A DNA stretch of 64,000 nucleotides from Candidatus Altimarinota bacterium (GTDB taxonomy: Bacteria > Patescibacteriota > Gracilibacteria > 1-14-2-50-48-13): positions 224,001 to 288,000 of the forward strand of contig JBKBWQ010000001.1 of NCBI GenBank assembly GCA_046314355.1. The letters run 5' to 3'. Numbering within the stretch: the stretch's first letter is position 1; each line of letters opens with the position of its first letter. Shown here piece after piece: positions 9,328 to 21,091 of this stretch. The position numbers and the translations under genes are program-made. The notes under the pieces were generated by a model. That model did not search any database, had not been told where the DNA came from, and worked only from the letters and a program-made list of their open reading frames with translations.

Positions 9328-10980
9328 TTATATAAGTTCTCCTCCTAAAAAATCAGCAATTTTAGAGTAATCTACTTTTTTCTCAGACATAGTAATATTC
9401 TTTTCAGATTCTTTTTTTCCTGCAGGAGAATGTGGCACAGCAGGTGCGTCACTTGGTTTTTCAAGCTTAAAGGTAATACGTAGTTTTACATGAAATTCTT
9501 TTTCTAATAATGCCTCAAGTGCTTGTTTATGTTCCTCTGCCTTTTCCATATGCAGGCTTCCAAAGACAGCAAGTATCAGCTGATGATTTTGAATCTCGCG
9601 TGGAAAGCTATGCCGTCCGAAGGTAAGCTTTGCTATGGACTTGGATAACTTCGCTGCGATGATATTCCAGTCGCGTTTGAGAACTGTAAGTGAAAGGGAA
9701 GAGTCACCTTCAGCACTACTAGTATCATTTTTATTCTCATTAGTCTGCACTACTGCTTCTTCCTTCTCTTCTTTCTTTTCAGTTTTTTCTACTACTGCCT
9801 CTTTTGGTGTCTCTGATACTTTAGGAGATGAGATGACTACTTTATCTTCAAACTTTGTCTCAGCTTTTTCCTGAATGACTTTTTTTTCTATACTTTTTTC
9901 TTTTACTGCTTCTTTCTCTAAAGGTTTTGTGAGAATAATTTCTGTCGGAATATCCATTTTAAGTTTTAAAAGCCGCAGCTCAAATGGAAGATTTGGAACT
10001 GCACTGTATTTAGCTTCTTGAAGTGCTTTTTCGACCTCCTCAGAGAGTTTCATTAAAAACAGAAGATCTGGTGAATGAGAAGTAGATTTCATCGCTACAG
10101 ATATCATCTCGCCTCGCACATAACTTAAGAAGCCTCTCATGAATTGTTCAATAGGGAACCCTCTCTTTTGAACTGAGTGCAATAATGAAAAAAGCTCTTC
10201 ATTATCTCCATTCTGCAGGATAGATAAAAGATCCCGATAAGCCCTTTCGAAGCCAGAACCTAGTAGAGATGAAACAAGATCAATAGTAAGTTTATCTGAT
10301 TGAAATGCTACTTTTTCCAGAAGAGAAAGTGCGTCACGTGCTCCACCACGAGCTTCTTCTGCTATCAATGCAATGGCATCTTCATCAAATTTGATACCTT
10401 CGCTATTACATACAAGCTGCAGGCGCTCTTTCAATTCATCCACTGTAAGAGGATAAAATTGAAAAAACTGACATCTTGAAATAATAGTAGGTAGTACCTT
10501 TTGAAGCTCTGTAGTGGCAAGTATAAAATGTACATGCTCAGGCGGTTCCTCAAGAGTTTTTAAGAGAGCATTAAATGCTTCCCGACTCAGCATATGTACC
10601 TCATCTATTATATATACTTTTTTTCGTGCAATATTTGGTACATAATTTACCTTTTCCTTGAGGTCACGAATATCATCAATACCTCTATTGGAAGCAGCAT
10701 CGATTTCGATTACATCTACCATTTGACCTTCTTCAATTTTTTTACAAATCTCGCAGATGCTGCACGGATTACCGTCCTCTTGCGGGTTAAGACAGTTTAT
10801 TGCCTTGGCAAGTATTCTCGCTGTGGATGTCTTTCCTGTCCCTCTTGGACCTGCAAATAGGTATGCATGAGCAAGCTTTCCAAGCTTTGATGCATTTTTC
10901 AGCGTCTGTTTAATATGCTCCTGTCCTTCAAGCTGATCAAAATTTTGTGGTCTATATGCGAGGTAGAGTGTTTTGTGCAT
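9328..10980 (-). CDS. dnaX: DNA polymerase III subunit gamma/tau
   Basis: YRPQNF, GPRGTGKTS, zinc-binding Cys, EIDAASNRG, IIDEVHML, SRC. Confidence 0.97.
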   Translation of the reverse strand: MHKTLYLAYRPQNFDQLEGQEHIKQTLKNASKLGKLAHAYLFAGPRGTGKTSTARILAKAINCLNPQEDGNPCSICEICKKIEEGQMVDVIEIDAASNRGIDDIRDLKEKVNYVPNIARKKVYIIDEVHMLSREAFNALLKTLEEPPEHVHFILATTELQKVLPTIISRCQFFQFYPLTVDELKERLQLVCNSEGIKFDEDAIALIAEEARGGARDALSLLEKVAFQSDKLTIDLVSSLLGSGFERAYRDLLSILQNGDNEELFSLLHSVQKRGFPIEQFMRGFLSYVRGEMISVAMKSTSHSPDLLFLMKLSEEVEKALQEAKYSAVPNLPFELRLLKLKMDIPTEIILTKPLEKEAVKEKSIEKKVIQEKAETKFEDKVVISSPKVSETPKEAVVEKTEKKEEKEEAVVQTNENKNDTSSAEGDSSLSLTVLKRDWNIIAAKLSKSIAKLTFGRHSFPREIQNHQLILAVFGSLHMEKAEEHKQALEALLEKEFHVKLRITFKLEKPSDAPAVPHSPAGKKESEKNITMSEKKVDYSKIADFLGGELI

Positions 10981-11063
10981 GAGGATACTATAAAGTAGTG
11001 ATTTTATTCTAATGAAAAAATATACTTTGTCATCGTCATCCTGAATTTATTCTGGACGTAGCA

Positions 11064-11888
11064 TTATAGTATCATTGTCTGTACAACTGGAGCAATAACT
11101 GCTTCGATAAAGGATCCAATGATTAACAATCCAAGACCTGATAATAATAAGACGAGTGAGGTCTCTGCAGGTTTAAAAAAGTTGAGCGTAAGAAGGTGAT
11201 ATTTACTGAGGGCTCTTGAAAGAAATATACCCGCCAGTGCACAGACTATATAAGCACATACTTCTAAAATCATATGCGGGCTGATAATCAGCAGTGCTTT
11301 TAGTAATCGCAGTTGCAGAAAATCACCATTAACCGTAATAGTAGCTATAATTGATGCCCAAATGGTCGCATTGACTGCAAGTACAAAAATAACTCCTAAT
11401 CTAAAAACTAAGGAGAAAAGAAAAAAGATTAAAAATAATTTGAAGTTATTAATCAGAATAGTAATAAAGTCTGGAAAGGAGAAGAATGCATGATTGGAGG
11501 TTATGAGTTCTCTGAAAGGTATAAACAAACTCTCTGATTGTAAATATGCGGTAGCCTCTGAGAAGAGAACAAAGGCTGCAACTAAGGTAAGAAGAATACC
11601 TAGAAATACAGAAAAAAACTCTAGTACAAGACGTATATTCGCTTTAAATGCTGCAAGTGTCCTTGTCTGAATACTTTCATGATTCTTATCCAGCAGATAA
11701 TGAAGTAAGTCATAGAGCTGGATTACGGTCAGAAAAAGAGTAACAGTAAGTACACCATTTCTGAAAAGGCAGTGGGAAGCAATATAGGCAATCACTGTTG
11801 CTATAATACCACGCAGGAATAGTAGAAAATAACCAAAGATATTTTGTCCGTTTTTTTCGAGCTGACTTCCTGAAAGGAGGTAGAGCAT
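11064..11888 (-). CDS. SpoIIM-like integral membrane protein
   Basis: Multiple TM helices; ILINN, PHMILE and IGSFIEA motifs typical of SpoIIM/DUF95. Confidence 0.7.
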   Translation of the reverse strand: MLYLLSGSQLEKNGQNIFGYFLLFLRGIIATVIAYIASHCLFRNGVLTVTLFLTVIQLYDLLHYLLDKNHESIQTRTLAAFKANIRLVLEFFSVFLGILLTLVAAFVLFSEATAYLQSESLFIPFRELITSNHAFFSFPDFITILINNFKLFLIFFLFSLVFRLGVIFVLAVNATIWASIIATITVNGDFLQLRLLKALLIISPHMILEVCAYIVCALAGIFLSRALSKYHLLTLNFFKPAETSLVLLLSGLGLLIIGSFIEAVIAPVVQTMIL

Positions 11889-11936
11889 AATTGAGAGAAT
11901 TGATATTCACTCTTCATTGTAACATAGGGGGCGCAG

Positions 11937-12025
11937 GAGCTCAATAAATGGGCTCGTAATTGGGCTCTAATTATTTGGGCTGCAATAATTGAGCTCAATT
12001 ATTTAATATTGAGCTCAATTATCGC
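11937..12025. repeat. Dispersed GGGCTC/GAGCTC-AATTATT palindromic repeat element, family 1, copy A
   Basis: About six 12-20 bp degenerate units; perfect 20-bp palindrome AATAATTGAGCTCAATTATT at 11984-12003. Confidence 0.85.
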
Positions 12026-12041
12026 GTCCTTGTCTTTCTTA

Positions 12042-14471
12042 TTATCTCATTGAAATACCAGATTCCTTTTCAACAGCATTTACTGCGCTTTTAACTACTT
12101 CCTGAATTTCATTGTCCTTTAATGTCCTCTCAGGATTACTCAATGTAAGAGCAAATGTAACACTTTTTTTCTCTGATGGAACTTGTTCACCTTCATAAAT
12201 GTCGAATACTTCCACATCTTTAATGAGGCTGTTTGCTGAAGCTAGAGTTTCCAGTACATTTCCCACATACTGACGTTTATCCATGAGGAAAGCTAGATCT
12301 TTCCGTACTGCAGGGAACTGAGATACAGGAGTATAAGAAATTTCTCCGCAAATATCCTGGAGCATACTAACATCGAGTTCTAGAGCAGCAACATGAGCAT
12401 TCTTTATATCAAAATTACTCATTGCCATGGGGTGTACCTCCGCAATCACTCCAAGTACTTTGTCGCCTGCCACAATCTCAGCAGCCTTTTTAGGGTGTAC
12501 CCAGTGCTGGACTTCAGTTATTTCTTTACTGATTGGCTGGAAAGTAATCTTCTCTTTCAGGTGAAGAGCAGCAAAAATATCTTCAAGCAGGGCTTTAATA
12601 TGAAAATATGGATGATCCCAGGTATTCTTCATATCCTCTGTATGTGCGGCTATGATACCCAGATGAGCAGTCTCATAGGATCTTTCCTTTGATGTATCCC
12701 AGAATTTTCCCTCAACCTTTGGATAGACATGTTCTATTTCAAAAGCACTTATATGATCAGAAATCTTTAAGTTCTCTGCTGCAGTTTTCAGGAGGTGAGG
12801 CACAATATGTGTACGCATCATTTCCTGTTCGGAGGAAAGGGGATTCATGATCGCAATAGTCTCCTGGGTAAGAAGTGCATTTTTATGATCTTTCTTTGAA
12901 TAAAAAGAATAATGCTGTACTTCCTGGAGATTTGCTTGAGTAGAGAGTAGGTTTCTAAGATAATTTCTAAATTCCACTTCACTGTGAGCTGCATTGGGTG
13001 TAATCGGAAGCACAGGAATACTTGGTGTAATATTTCCAAATCCTAGAATACGGGTAATCTCTTCTACAATATCTTCTTTCATAGAAATATCTCCTGTAGC
13101 CCGCCAGCTTGGAACACGGAGAGTAAAATTATCACTGTCCTTTTCCTCGATAATGAATCCAAGGAAAGTAAGAATATCCTGGATTTCCTTTGTCTCTACG
13201 GGAGCTCCAATCCGATCTTTCAGGAATGAGTATGAAAGATCTATAGATACCGGTGCATTTGGCGCTGGATAGATGTCAGTAATACTGCTGGCAACTTTTG
13301 CTTCAGGATGTAACTCAAGGAAAAGAGATATAGCCTTTTCTAATGCAAGAATAGTCATCTCCGGATCAAGATTTTTTTCAAATCTCATGGATGCCTCCGT
13401 ACGAAGAGAAAGTGCCTGAGCACCTTTTCTAATAGTAGTTGGATGAAATATAGCAGCTTCTAATATAATATTTTGAGTCTGTTCACTGACTTCAGAGTTA
13501 TTAAGTCCCATGATTCCAGCAATTGCTATAGGAGTTTCTTTATCTTTTATAAGTAATACTGACTTTGGCACGGAGCGGTCTTGTCCATCAAGAGTAGTTA
13601 GCTCCGCTTCTTCTGAGCTCATATAGCCTACATGAATTTCTTTGGAAGTAAGTTTATCTGCATCAAAAGCATGAAGAGGTTGTCCGAGATCAAGCATGAC
13701 ATAGTTTGTGACATCTACAATGCTGTTGATACTTCGAATACCTACTTTTTCAAGACTTGTGCGAAGCCATGATGGGGAAGAAGTTGGTTTGATGTTTTCT
13801 ATATGTACTCCTAGATACCTTTTGCAAGTGTCTTTCTCTTCTATTGTTACTGAGAGTTTAGGAAGAGTTTCGTAGTTTGAAAAATCAAGCTTTGTTTCCA
13901 TGAAAGCTTTTAAAGGCTTTCTGTATATAACTGAACATTCTCTCGCAAGACCGTAATGTCCGAAAAGATCTGGTCGGTTTGTGATGGATTTATTATCTAT
14001 TTCAAGAATAGTATCATTGTAATGCATATATTCAAAAAAACTCTTTCCTATAGGTGCATCAGTAGGAAGTACAAGAATACCCTCTGCTCTTGTCTCTGAA
14101 AGTCCAAGTTCATCCTCTGAACAAATCATACCTCGAGACATAGTTCCTCTAAGTTCTGCCTCTTTGATTACAAAATCAGGTGCAAGCTGAGCACCAGGTA
14201 ATGCTACTGGCACTTTTTGACCAATCTCAAGATTTTTTGCTCCGCAAACTATTTGTCTAAGAGAACCTTCTCCAGCGTCAATCTGAGCAACCCGAAGTTT
14301 ATCCGCATTTGGATGTGGAATAAGTTCCTTTACTTCACCAATCACCACATGATCAATACCTTTCTGTTTTACTATGGATTCTACCTCGGAAGTATGGAGG
14401 CTGAGATCCTCTAAAATCGTAGAATCATCTATATCAACATAACGGCGGAGCCACTCGAGAGAAATATGCAT
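12042..14471 (-). CDS. pheT: Phenylalanine-tRNA ligase beta subunit
   Basis: HPNADKL, QIVCGA, SRGMICS, NRPD, LGQPLHAFD, FDX-ACB C-terminus. Confidence 0.97.
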   Translation of the reverse strand: MHISLEWLRRYVDIDDSTILEDLSLHTSEVESIVKQKGIDHVVIGEVKELIPHPNADKLRVAQIDAGEGSLRQIVCGAKNLEIGQKVPVALPGAQLAPDFVIKEAELRGTMSRGMICSEDELGLSETRAEGILVLPTDAPIGKSFFEYMHYNDTILEIDNKSITNRPDLFGHYGLARECSVIYRKPLKAFMETKLDFSNYETLPKLSVTIEEKDTCKRYLGVHIENIKPTSSPSWLRTSLEKVGIRSINSIVDVTNYVMLDLGQPLHAFDADKLTSKEIHVGYMSSEEAELTTLDGQDRSVPKSVLLIKDKETPIAIAGIMGLNNSEVSEQTQNIILEAAIFHPTTIRKGAQALSLRTEASMRFEKNLDPEMTILALEKAISLFLELHPEAKVASSITDIYPAPNAPVSIDLSYSFLKDRIGAPVETKEIQDILTFLGFIIEEKDSDNFTLRVPSWRATGDISMKEDIVEEITRILGFGNITPSIPVLPITPNAAHSEVEFRNYLRNLLSTQANLQEVQHYSFYSKKDHKNALLTQETIAIMNPLSSEQEMMRTHIVPHLLKTAAENLKISDHISAFEIEHVYPKVEGKFWDTSKERSYETAHLGIIAAHTEDMKNTWDHPYFHIKALLEDIFAALHLKEKITFQPISKEITEVQHWVHPKKAAEIVAGDKVLGVIAEVHPMAMSNFDIKNAHVAALELDVSMLQDICGEISYTPVSQFPAVRKDLAFLMDKRQYVGNVLETLASANSLIKDVEVFDIYEGEQVPSEKKSVTFALTLSNPERTLKDNEIQEVVKSAVNAVEKESGISMR

Positions 14472-14651
14472 AAATATATCTGCATTTAAGCGAATAATAC
14501 GAATGGAAGTGTACTAGGAAAAAGGAAAAAGTAAAAGAGTAATTGGTAATTAAGTAATTAGTATTGTTGCTAGTTAGTAATAACTGCTTTGAAGCTTTCT
14601 TATTCTTACAAGCTATGATATAAACAAAATAATTATTACTTCTAAATATCT

Positions 14652-15143
14652 ATGCGTTTTCTAGGCATTGATCCAGGTATTGCTACAGTTGGTTTTGGAG
14701 TTATTGAAAAAACAGGCAATAACTATACTATGATTGATATGGGGACAATTGTTACTCCAAAAAATCTAGATACTCCTGAGAGACTTAATATCATCCGTAC
14801 TGATTTACTTGATCTCATTGATACTTTCAAACCGCATGCAGTATCAGTAGAAAAACTCTACTTTTCTACAAATGTAAAAACTGCCATGACTGTAGCAGAA
14901 GCACGTGGTGTAATACTTGAAACTATATTTTCGAAAGGTATTCAGGTAGTGGAATTTAACCCTCTTGAGATCAAGCAGGCAGTGACTGGGGACGGTAAAG
15001 CTGATAAAAAACAAATTCAGGATATGCTGAAGCTATTATTAAAACTTGAAAAAGCACCGAAGCAGGATGATGCTGCTGATGCTTTAGCAAGTGCTCTTTG
15101 TCTGGGACAGAGTTGGGAAATGGTAAAGAGGATGGGGGAGTGA
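14652..15143 (+). CDS. ruvC: Holliday junction resolvase
   Basis: LGIDPG, VEKLYF, AEARGVI, GKADKKQ, DDAADALA. Confidence 0.97.
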   Translation: MRFLGIDPGIATVGFGVIEKTGNNYTMIDMGTIVTPKNLDTPERLNIIRTDLLDLIDTFKPHAVSVEKLYFSTNVKTAMTVAEARGVILETIFSKGIQVVEFNPLEIKQAVTGDGKADKKQIQDMLKLLLKLEKAPKQDDAADALASALCLGQSWEMVKRMGE

Positions 15144-15144
15144 G

Positions 15145-15265
15145 TGGGGCTTCATAATTGGGCGCACATTACTAGGCTCAATAACTGGGCTGCAATTATT
15201 GAGCTCAATTATTAGCGCCCAATTATCGAGTCCAATTACCCAGCCCCAATTACTCTCTTACTCCA

Positions 15266-15268
<3 letters not shown>
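15145..15268. repeat. Dispersed palindromic repeat element, family 1, copy B (between convergent ruvC and eno)
   Basis: GGGCTGCAATTATTGAGCTCAATTATT core with symmetric flanking degenerate units forming a long imperfect hairpin. Confidence 0.85.
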
Positions 15269-16561
<1,293 letters not shown>

Positions 16562-16601
16562 TTATATCATATTCACTATCTAATTCGAGATAATTTATCT
16601 T

Positions 16602-19004
16602 TTAATAATTATTTGGATGAGTCGTATGATAGACAACATATGCCATATCACCTCTCGTTATTGGCTCAGCAGCTAGTGAAACTCCATAGGGAAGTATCTG
16701 TAAGGAAGTTGCTTTATCCATATAGGGTATAAACCAATCCACATGATACGGGAGATTCTCTGTTTTCCATACATCTATTTTTTGGGTTTTCATAAGCATT
16801 TTGAGTGCCTCAGCAAGCCTAATGGAAGCGTGAGGTTTAAAGGTATTATCAGGATATCCCTGGATGATTCCTTTATCAACTGCATAGAGGACATACGGAA
16901 GGTACCATGAATTTTCTTCAAGATCTGAGAGTTTATTCCCGGATGCAGTAAATATATGTCCATTAGCTACACTCGCCTTATATTTATTTAGTTCTGTTTT
17001 CTCAATATCATCATCCATACTTTCCAGTAGTATTTTGAGAAACTCTGCACGGGTAATCTCTTGAGTTGGTCTAAAGGTTTTATCGGAGAAACCTTTTATA
17101 ATTCCTTCATCTTTCAGCGCAGAAATTTCGGACTCATATTTATAATTGGACGTATCTATAAATGAGCTATTTTCAAGTGCAGTGAGTTGATAAAGCTCAG
17201 TTCTTCCAGGCTTGTCAAACTCTATAGATGAAAGAAATTTCTTTATGAAAGGAAAATATTCATTGTATTTTTCACTTTTTGCATCAAAGCGGATCTCATA
17301 GTAGTGTGCTCCATCCGGAATATATACATCAAGAAAGATATGCGGCACTGAGGACGCCGTAGATCCTGGAAGAGGAGGCAGCTCTATACGTGAAAGGATA
17401 AAATATGCTTTTTTTCCGCCGATAAAGAGATCATTACCGCTTGCCATGACGATGCTATAGCTTTTAGCACTCTCTAACTGCGCTTTGTAGAATTCCTTTA
17501 ACTCAGGATCTGTCTCGTTATCATAAGCCTCATAATAATTCATGGAAATATGAGACTCAAGATCAGTCTTATGTTCAAGCCATACATTAAAGGCAGGAGC
17601 TTTGGCTAAATAATGAGACTCAACCATATGCCACACGCTGCTTGTGTTTTTTACAGTTACATGAGGAACATCTGATCGTATGATAGATGCTGTAAAATTC
17701 GGCTTTACTTCCAGATCTAATGTGAAGCTAGCAATCATATTTTTGATCTTATTCTGTTCTTCAGGCGACTTACTGTTTGACTGTGTAAAAAGCTGTATTG
17801 TTGCAGTGCCATGTGGGATGAGATATTCTTCATAGTTAAGCGTATTATTTGGATCTCCAAAGTAATCACTATCTTTATAAGTAACTTTTACTGCAGGATA
17901 TTTTCCGTTGAGAGTCACGATCTCTCTTGAAAATCCTTTATAGTCTGATAGATAAGGACGATTGAGTTCATCGAATTTCTTTATATCTTCCACTGAACGG
18001 TCAAATGCTTCCTTCACATATGAGAGTGTCACATATGAAAATCCCTTTGTTGGAAGAATACTGACACTTCTTTTTCCTAGTTCCACCGCTACTCCTTTAT
18101 CTCCAAAAAGATCATCAAGGGCATTGAAAAACTTCCATCCCTCGCTCGCAGTAATTGTATAGCGAAAATTGCTATTATCCATAGTGTAGACTTTGCTCTT
18201 ATTTGCAGCATCAAATTGTTTTAGCACATTTTTGAGTTCATTCTCTGCTGAGATATTTACATGTACATTTGTACTCTGAATATTTTTTTCTATCCAGCTT
18301 TCGTAGTTTGCAATGGGTAAAAAGTATCCAAGAGTCTCTCCTGAAGACCATCCTGTTCGTCCAGCAGAGGGAATACCAATGAACACTCCTGTTGAATTCA
18401 CGGCAGTACCTCCTGAGTTTCCGTTTGAGATTTTTGCATCAGACTTTATAAGCTCAACTCCCTCAGTATTAAGATAGCCGCTTACCTGTCCGCTAGTATA
18501 TGTAATAGATGTACCACCTATATCAGGGTAGCCTATAGTTGTGACCAGATCTCCAACAGTAGGTTTTATCGCTCCTTTATAGCTGAGAAAATTAAAATTT
18601 GGAATAGTATTTCCATATATATCTTGTGAACTAATCTTCAGTACGGCGATATCGTCATCCTTATTACCTCCCACATAAGATGCCGTTGAAAGACATTTTG
18701 GAATCTGTACATCAGTTTTAAATGTATAGCATATCTCAAAAATATCATTAATTTTTTCTTCAGATGTGCTTAGATCTCCAGCTACATGGTAATTTGTAAC
18801 GAGGTATCCATCAGCAGTAATAATTGTTGCTGAACCTGCACCACTCGGGATCAGATCATTATCCTTTGTGAGAGTATACGAAATCACCTTAACCGTAGGA
18901 ATCTGATCCGAAGATCCTATCTCAAAAACTGTTGTATCAGCAGCTTGGGCTGAAACAATAGAGAAGCCTGCTAGTACTATTCCTGTAAAAAATAATGAGC
19001 GCAT
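16602..19004 (-). CDS. Secreted trypsin-like (S1) serine protease with C-terminal SLH domains
   Basis: Signal peptide ending AQA; triad TNYHVA / DDIAVL / GNSGG; SLH repeats GFSDKTFRPTQEITRAE and GYPDNTFKP. Confidence 0.88.
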   Translation of the reverse strand: MRSLFFTGIVLAGFSIVSAQAADTTVFEIGSSDQIPTVKVISYTLTKDNDLIPSGAGSATIITADGYLVTNYHVAGDLSTSEEKINDIFEICYTFKTDVQIPKCLSTASYVGGNKDDDIAVLKISSQDIYGNTIPNFNFLSYKGAIKPTVGDLVTTIGYPDIGGTSITYTSGQVSGYLNTEGVELIKSDAKISNGNSGGTAVNSTGVFIGIPSAGRTGWSSGETLGYFLPIANYESWIEKNIQSTNVHVNISAENELKNVLKQFDAANKSKVYTMDNSNFRYTITASEGWKFFNALDDLFGDKGVAVELGKRSVSILPTKGFSYVTLSYVKEAFDRSVEDIKKFDELNRPYLSDYKGFSREIVTLNGKYPAVKVTYKDSDYFGDPNNTLNYEEYLIPHGTATIQLFTQSNSKSPEEQNKIKNMIASFTLDLEVKPNFTASIIRSDVPHVTVKNTSSVWHMVESHYLAKAPAFNVWLEHKTDLESHISMNYYEAYDNETDPELKEFYKAQLESAKSYSIVMASGNDLFIGGKKAYFILSRIELPPLPGSTASSVPHIFLDVYIPDGAHYYEIRFDAKSEKYNEYFPFIKKFLSSIEFDKPGRTELYQLTALENSSFIDTSNYKYESEISALKDEGIIKGFSDKTFRPTQEITRAEFLKILLESMDDDIEKTELNKYKASVANGHIFTASGNKLSDLEENSWYLPYVLYAVDKGIIQGYPDNTFKPHASIRLAEALKMLMKTQKIDVWKTENLPYHVDWFIPYMDKATSLQILPYGVSLAAEPITRGDMAYVVYHTTHPNNY

Positions 19005-19109
19005 TGAAAATGATGACTAATATGAAATATAGTGTCGGTAGTTTTTACATACTTTATAGAAAGCTCTATTGAAAGTAAAAAGAAAAGCTACTTTCTTAAC
19101 TGTTCTGAA

Positions 19110-20087
19110 TTAATCAGTTTTCACAAAAGCGAATTGTCCGTGATGACCGCTTACCTGCTGATTGAAGAGCTCAAGATCATGCATTTTAAAATAACTGATC
19201 ATTGTAGGGATATGATAGGTTCTAATTTCAAGAAATTTAATCTGCTCAGGAGGTAGAAGATGTATACGCTCTCCTCTATAACTGATAACGGTAGGGGAAA
19301 GTATTTCTACAGAGTACTGAAAACATAAGACCCCGATTGACCCTTCTAGTTCTGCTTTCAATACAATTTTAGTATCATCTCTTGGAATACCTAAGCGGTA
19401 AACTGCATCAGATAAACACTCCATGCGGGACTCATTTTTAAGCATTTGTGAGTAAGCATTGAAGATCATCAAATCATCTTTTTTATCGAGAGTAGGGCGG
19501 GTCATGATATCAAGGCAGATAATATCATCTTTTTCAAGAAGATTATAAAGTGTATCAACAATTTCAGTTTGAGAGACGTTACCTAAAGTACTACCGATAA
19601 GTAGAAAGATGACTTGATCAAATTTTTCTGTCTCTAAACGCTTTTTTAGTTCAAAATGAAATTCTGCTGCTGAGAAATCTGCACAGAAAAAGGAGCCGTT
19701 AATATCAGCCTGTATAAATTTTTCTTCTGCCGCATCTAACATTTCCTTTGAAGAATCAATACCAAAGAACTTATATTGAGTATGGTCTTTCACTTTCTTC
19801 ATCAGCATTGCTTCTATTGTAGCCTGTCCACATCCGAGACTTACAAATGCTATTTTATTATTTTTCTGTGGTATAAGAGAAATAATAAAGTCCACCATTT
19901 GCTCCTGTGTAAGTCTATTTTTCCAATAATCAGTAGTTGCAATCTGAGAAGTCGGTGTTGAGTTATAGTATTTGTTTGCGTTATCTCCCAGATAAATAAA
20001 TTTTTGTTCTATCTCTCGTCTTTTCACATTTCTAAGAAATTCTTTTTCTAACTCAAGATCAGACGTAAGGGTCAGTATAGTTGACAT
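19110..20087 (-). CDS. Class I SAM-dependent methyltransferase, EgtD/Methyltransf_33-like
   Basis: EQKFIY, VSLGCG, GIDSSKEML, CADF, IGSTLGN (compare EgtD FLGSTIGN). Confidence 0.75.
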   Translation of the reverse strand: MSTILTLTSDLELEKEFLRNVKRREIEQKFIYLGDNANKYYNSTPTSQIATTDYWKNRLTQEQMVDFIISLIPQKNNKIAFVSLGCGQATIEAMLMKKVKDHTQYKFFGIDSSKEMLDAAEEKFIQADINGSFFCADFSAAEFHFELKKRLETEKFDQVIFLLIGSTLGNVSQTEIVDTLYNLLEKDDIICLDIMTRPTLDKKDDLMIFNAYSQMLKNESRMECLSDAVYRLGIPRDDTKIVLKAELEGSIGVLCFQYSVEILSPTVISYRGERIHLLPPEQIKFLEIRTYHIPTMISYFKMHDLELFNQQVSGHHGQFAFVKTD

Positions 20088-20089
20088 AA

Positions 20090-20971
20090 TTATGATTGTT
20101 TAAAAGTATGAATCTTAAGTTTTGTATTTTTTTGATGAATAAGCAGACCTTTTTTAAAGTAAAATGAAGCTGAAAAATGATTGTCACGCAGGTTAAGAGA
20201 AATAGTTTCTGTATTTATATTAAAATCCTCTGAGTTAATAAGTGTTTCATATAAAGTATAGTCTTCGATTTCCCATATAATGTTACTGGAATCGTTATAT
20301 ATAAGCCCGTATAACTGCTGTTCGAGTTTATCAAAGTATGTTTCAAAGAGAGCATTCTTAAATGCTTCAGGTGTTGAAATATTCTTGGATGTAAGAAAAT
20401 TATGCAGAGATGTACTCATTTCTTTTATAGAATCCGTGCTGTCAAAGTTTGTAATATCGCGCATCGGCTTATATATAGCCTGCGTCTCAAAGGCCATTCT
20501 AATCTGTTTATGACTCTGCAGGTGCTTAAGAGTAGAGAGATTATGATCTCTATCAGCAATTTTTACTAGTAATGCCCGGATATCTTTCATACCTGCCCAA
20601 AGCTGTCTTTCAATTTTATCTTCAAAATACTCTTTAGGATAAAGATAGAAAGACTTTTCATCCTTTGATGCAGCATCAACAATAAATCCCACATTCTCCC
20701 CAAAGTCTTTATAAATTTGTTCCATAGTTACTTCTTCTACATCTTCCACCGTATCATGGAGCATTCCTCCGATTGCTAGATCTAGGTCATGAAATTTTTC
20801 CCAAAGGACTCGTGATACATCTATCACATGTATAACGTATGGATCTCCGGATTTTCGCATCTGTCCTTCATGAGCTTTCTTTGCAAACTCTAAAGCATGG
20901 ATCAGAGAACGTTTTTCCTCTGGAGCAGCGTGTTCGATTGCCAGCAGAAAATTTTTTTCTTCAAGAAGCAT
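20090..20971 (-). CDS. Stand-alone RelA/SpoT-type HD hydrolase (small alarmone hydrolase-like) with an unknown C-terminal extension
   Basis: HEGQMRKSGDPYVIH, LHDTVED, VKIADRDHNL, AFETQAIY. Confidence 0.85.
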   Translation of the reverse strand: MLLEEKNFLLAIEHAAPEEKRSLIHALEFAKKAHEGQMRKSGDPYVIHVIDVSRVLWEKFHDLDLAIGGMLHDTVEDVEEVTMEQIYKDFGENVGFIVDAASKDEKSFYLYPKEYFEDKIERQLWAGMKDIRALLVKIADRDHNLSTLKHLQSHKQIRMAFETQAIYKPMRDITNFDSTDSIKEMSTSLHNFLTSKNISTPEAFKNALFETYFDKLEQQLYGLIYNDSSNIIWEIEDYTLYETLINSEDFNINTETISLNLRDNHFSASFYFKKGLLIHQKNTKLKIHTFKQS

Positions 20972-21091
20972 AGGAATGAGATTAGATACTGTTTATTTTA
21001 TAGAAAAATATCTCTATTGTCGAGAAGCTATTGTGAAAATGAAAAGATTTACTATAATTTAGATTATCCTATAATCAATTCCATATAGCTG

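Noticed and set aside
9640-9960. dnaX programmed frameshift producing a gamma subunit
   Set aside because: The A-runs lie in a K/E-rich linker, and I could not identify a slippery site with a stimulatory hairpin or internal SD.
11035-11057. GTCATCCTGAATTTATTCTGGAC as a REP-like remnant
   Set aside because: Only one degenerate copy in the window, so it cannot be supported as a repeat.
19110-20087. Ergothioneine biosynthesis (egtD)
   Set aside because: Only family-level motifs are visible and no egtB/egtC/egtE are nearby, so no gene symbol was assigned.
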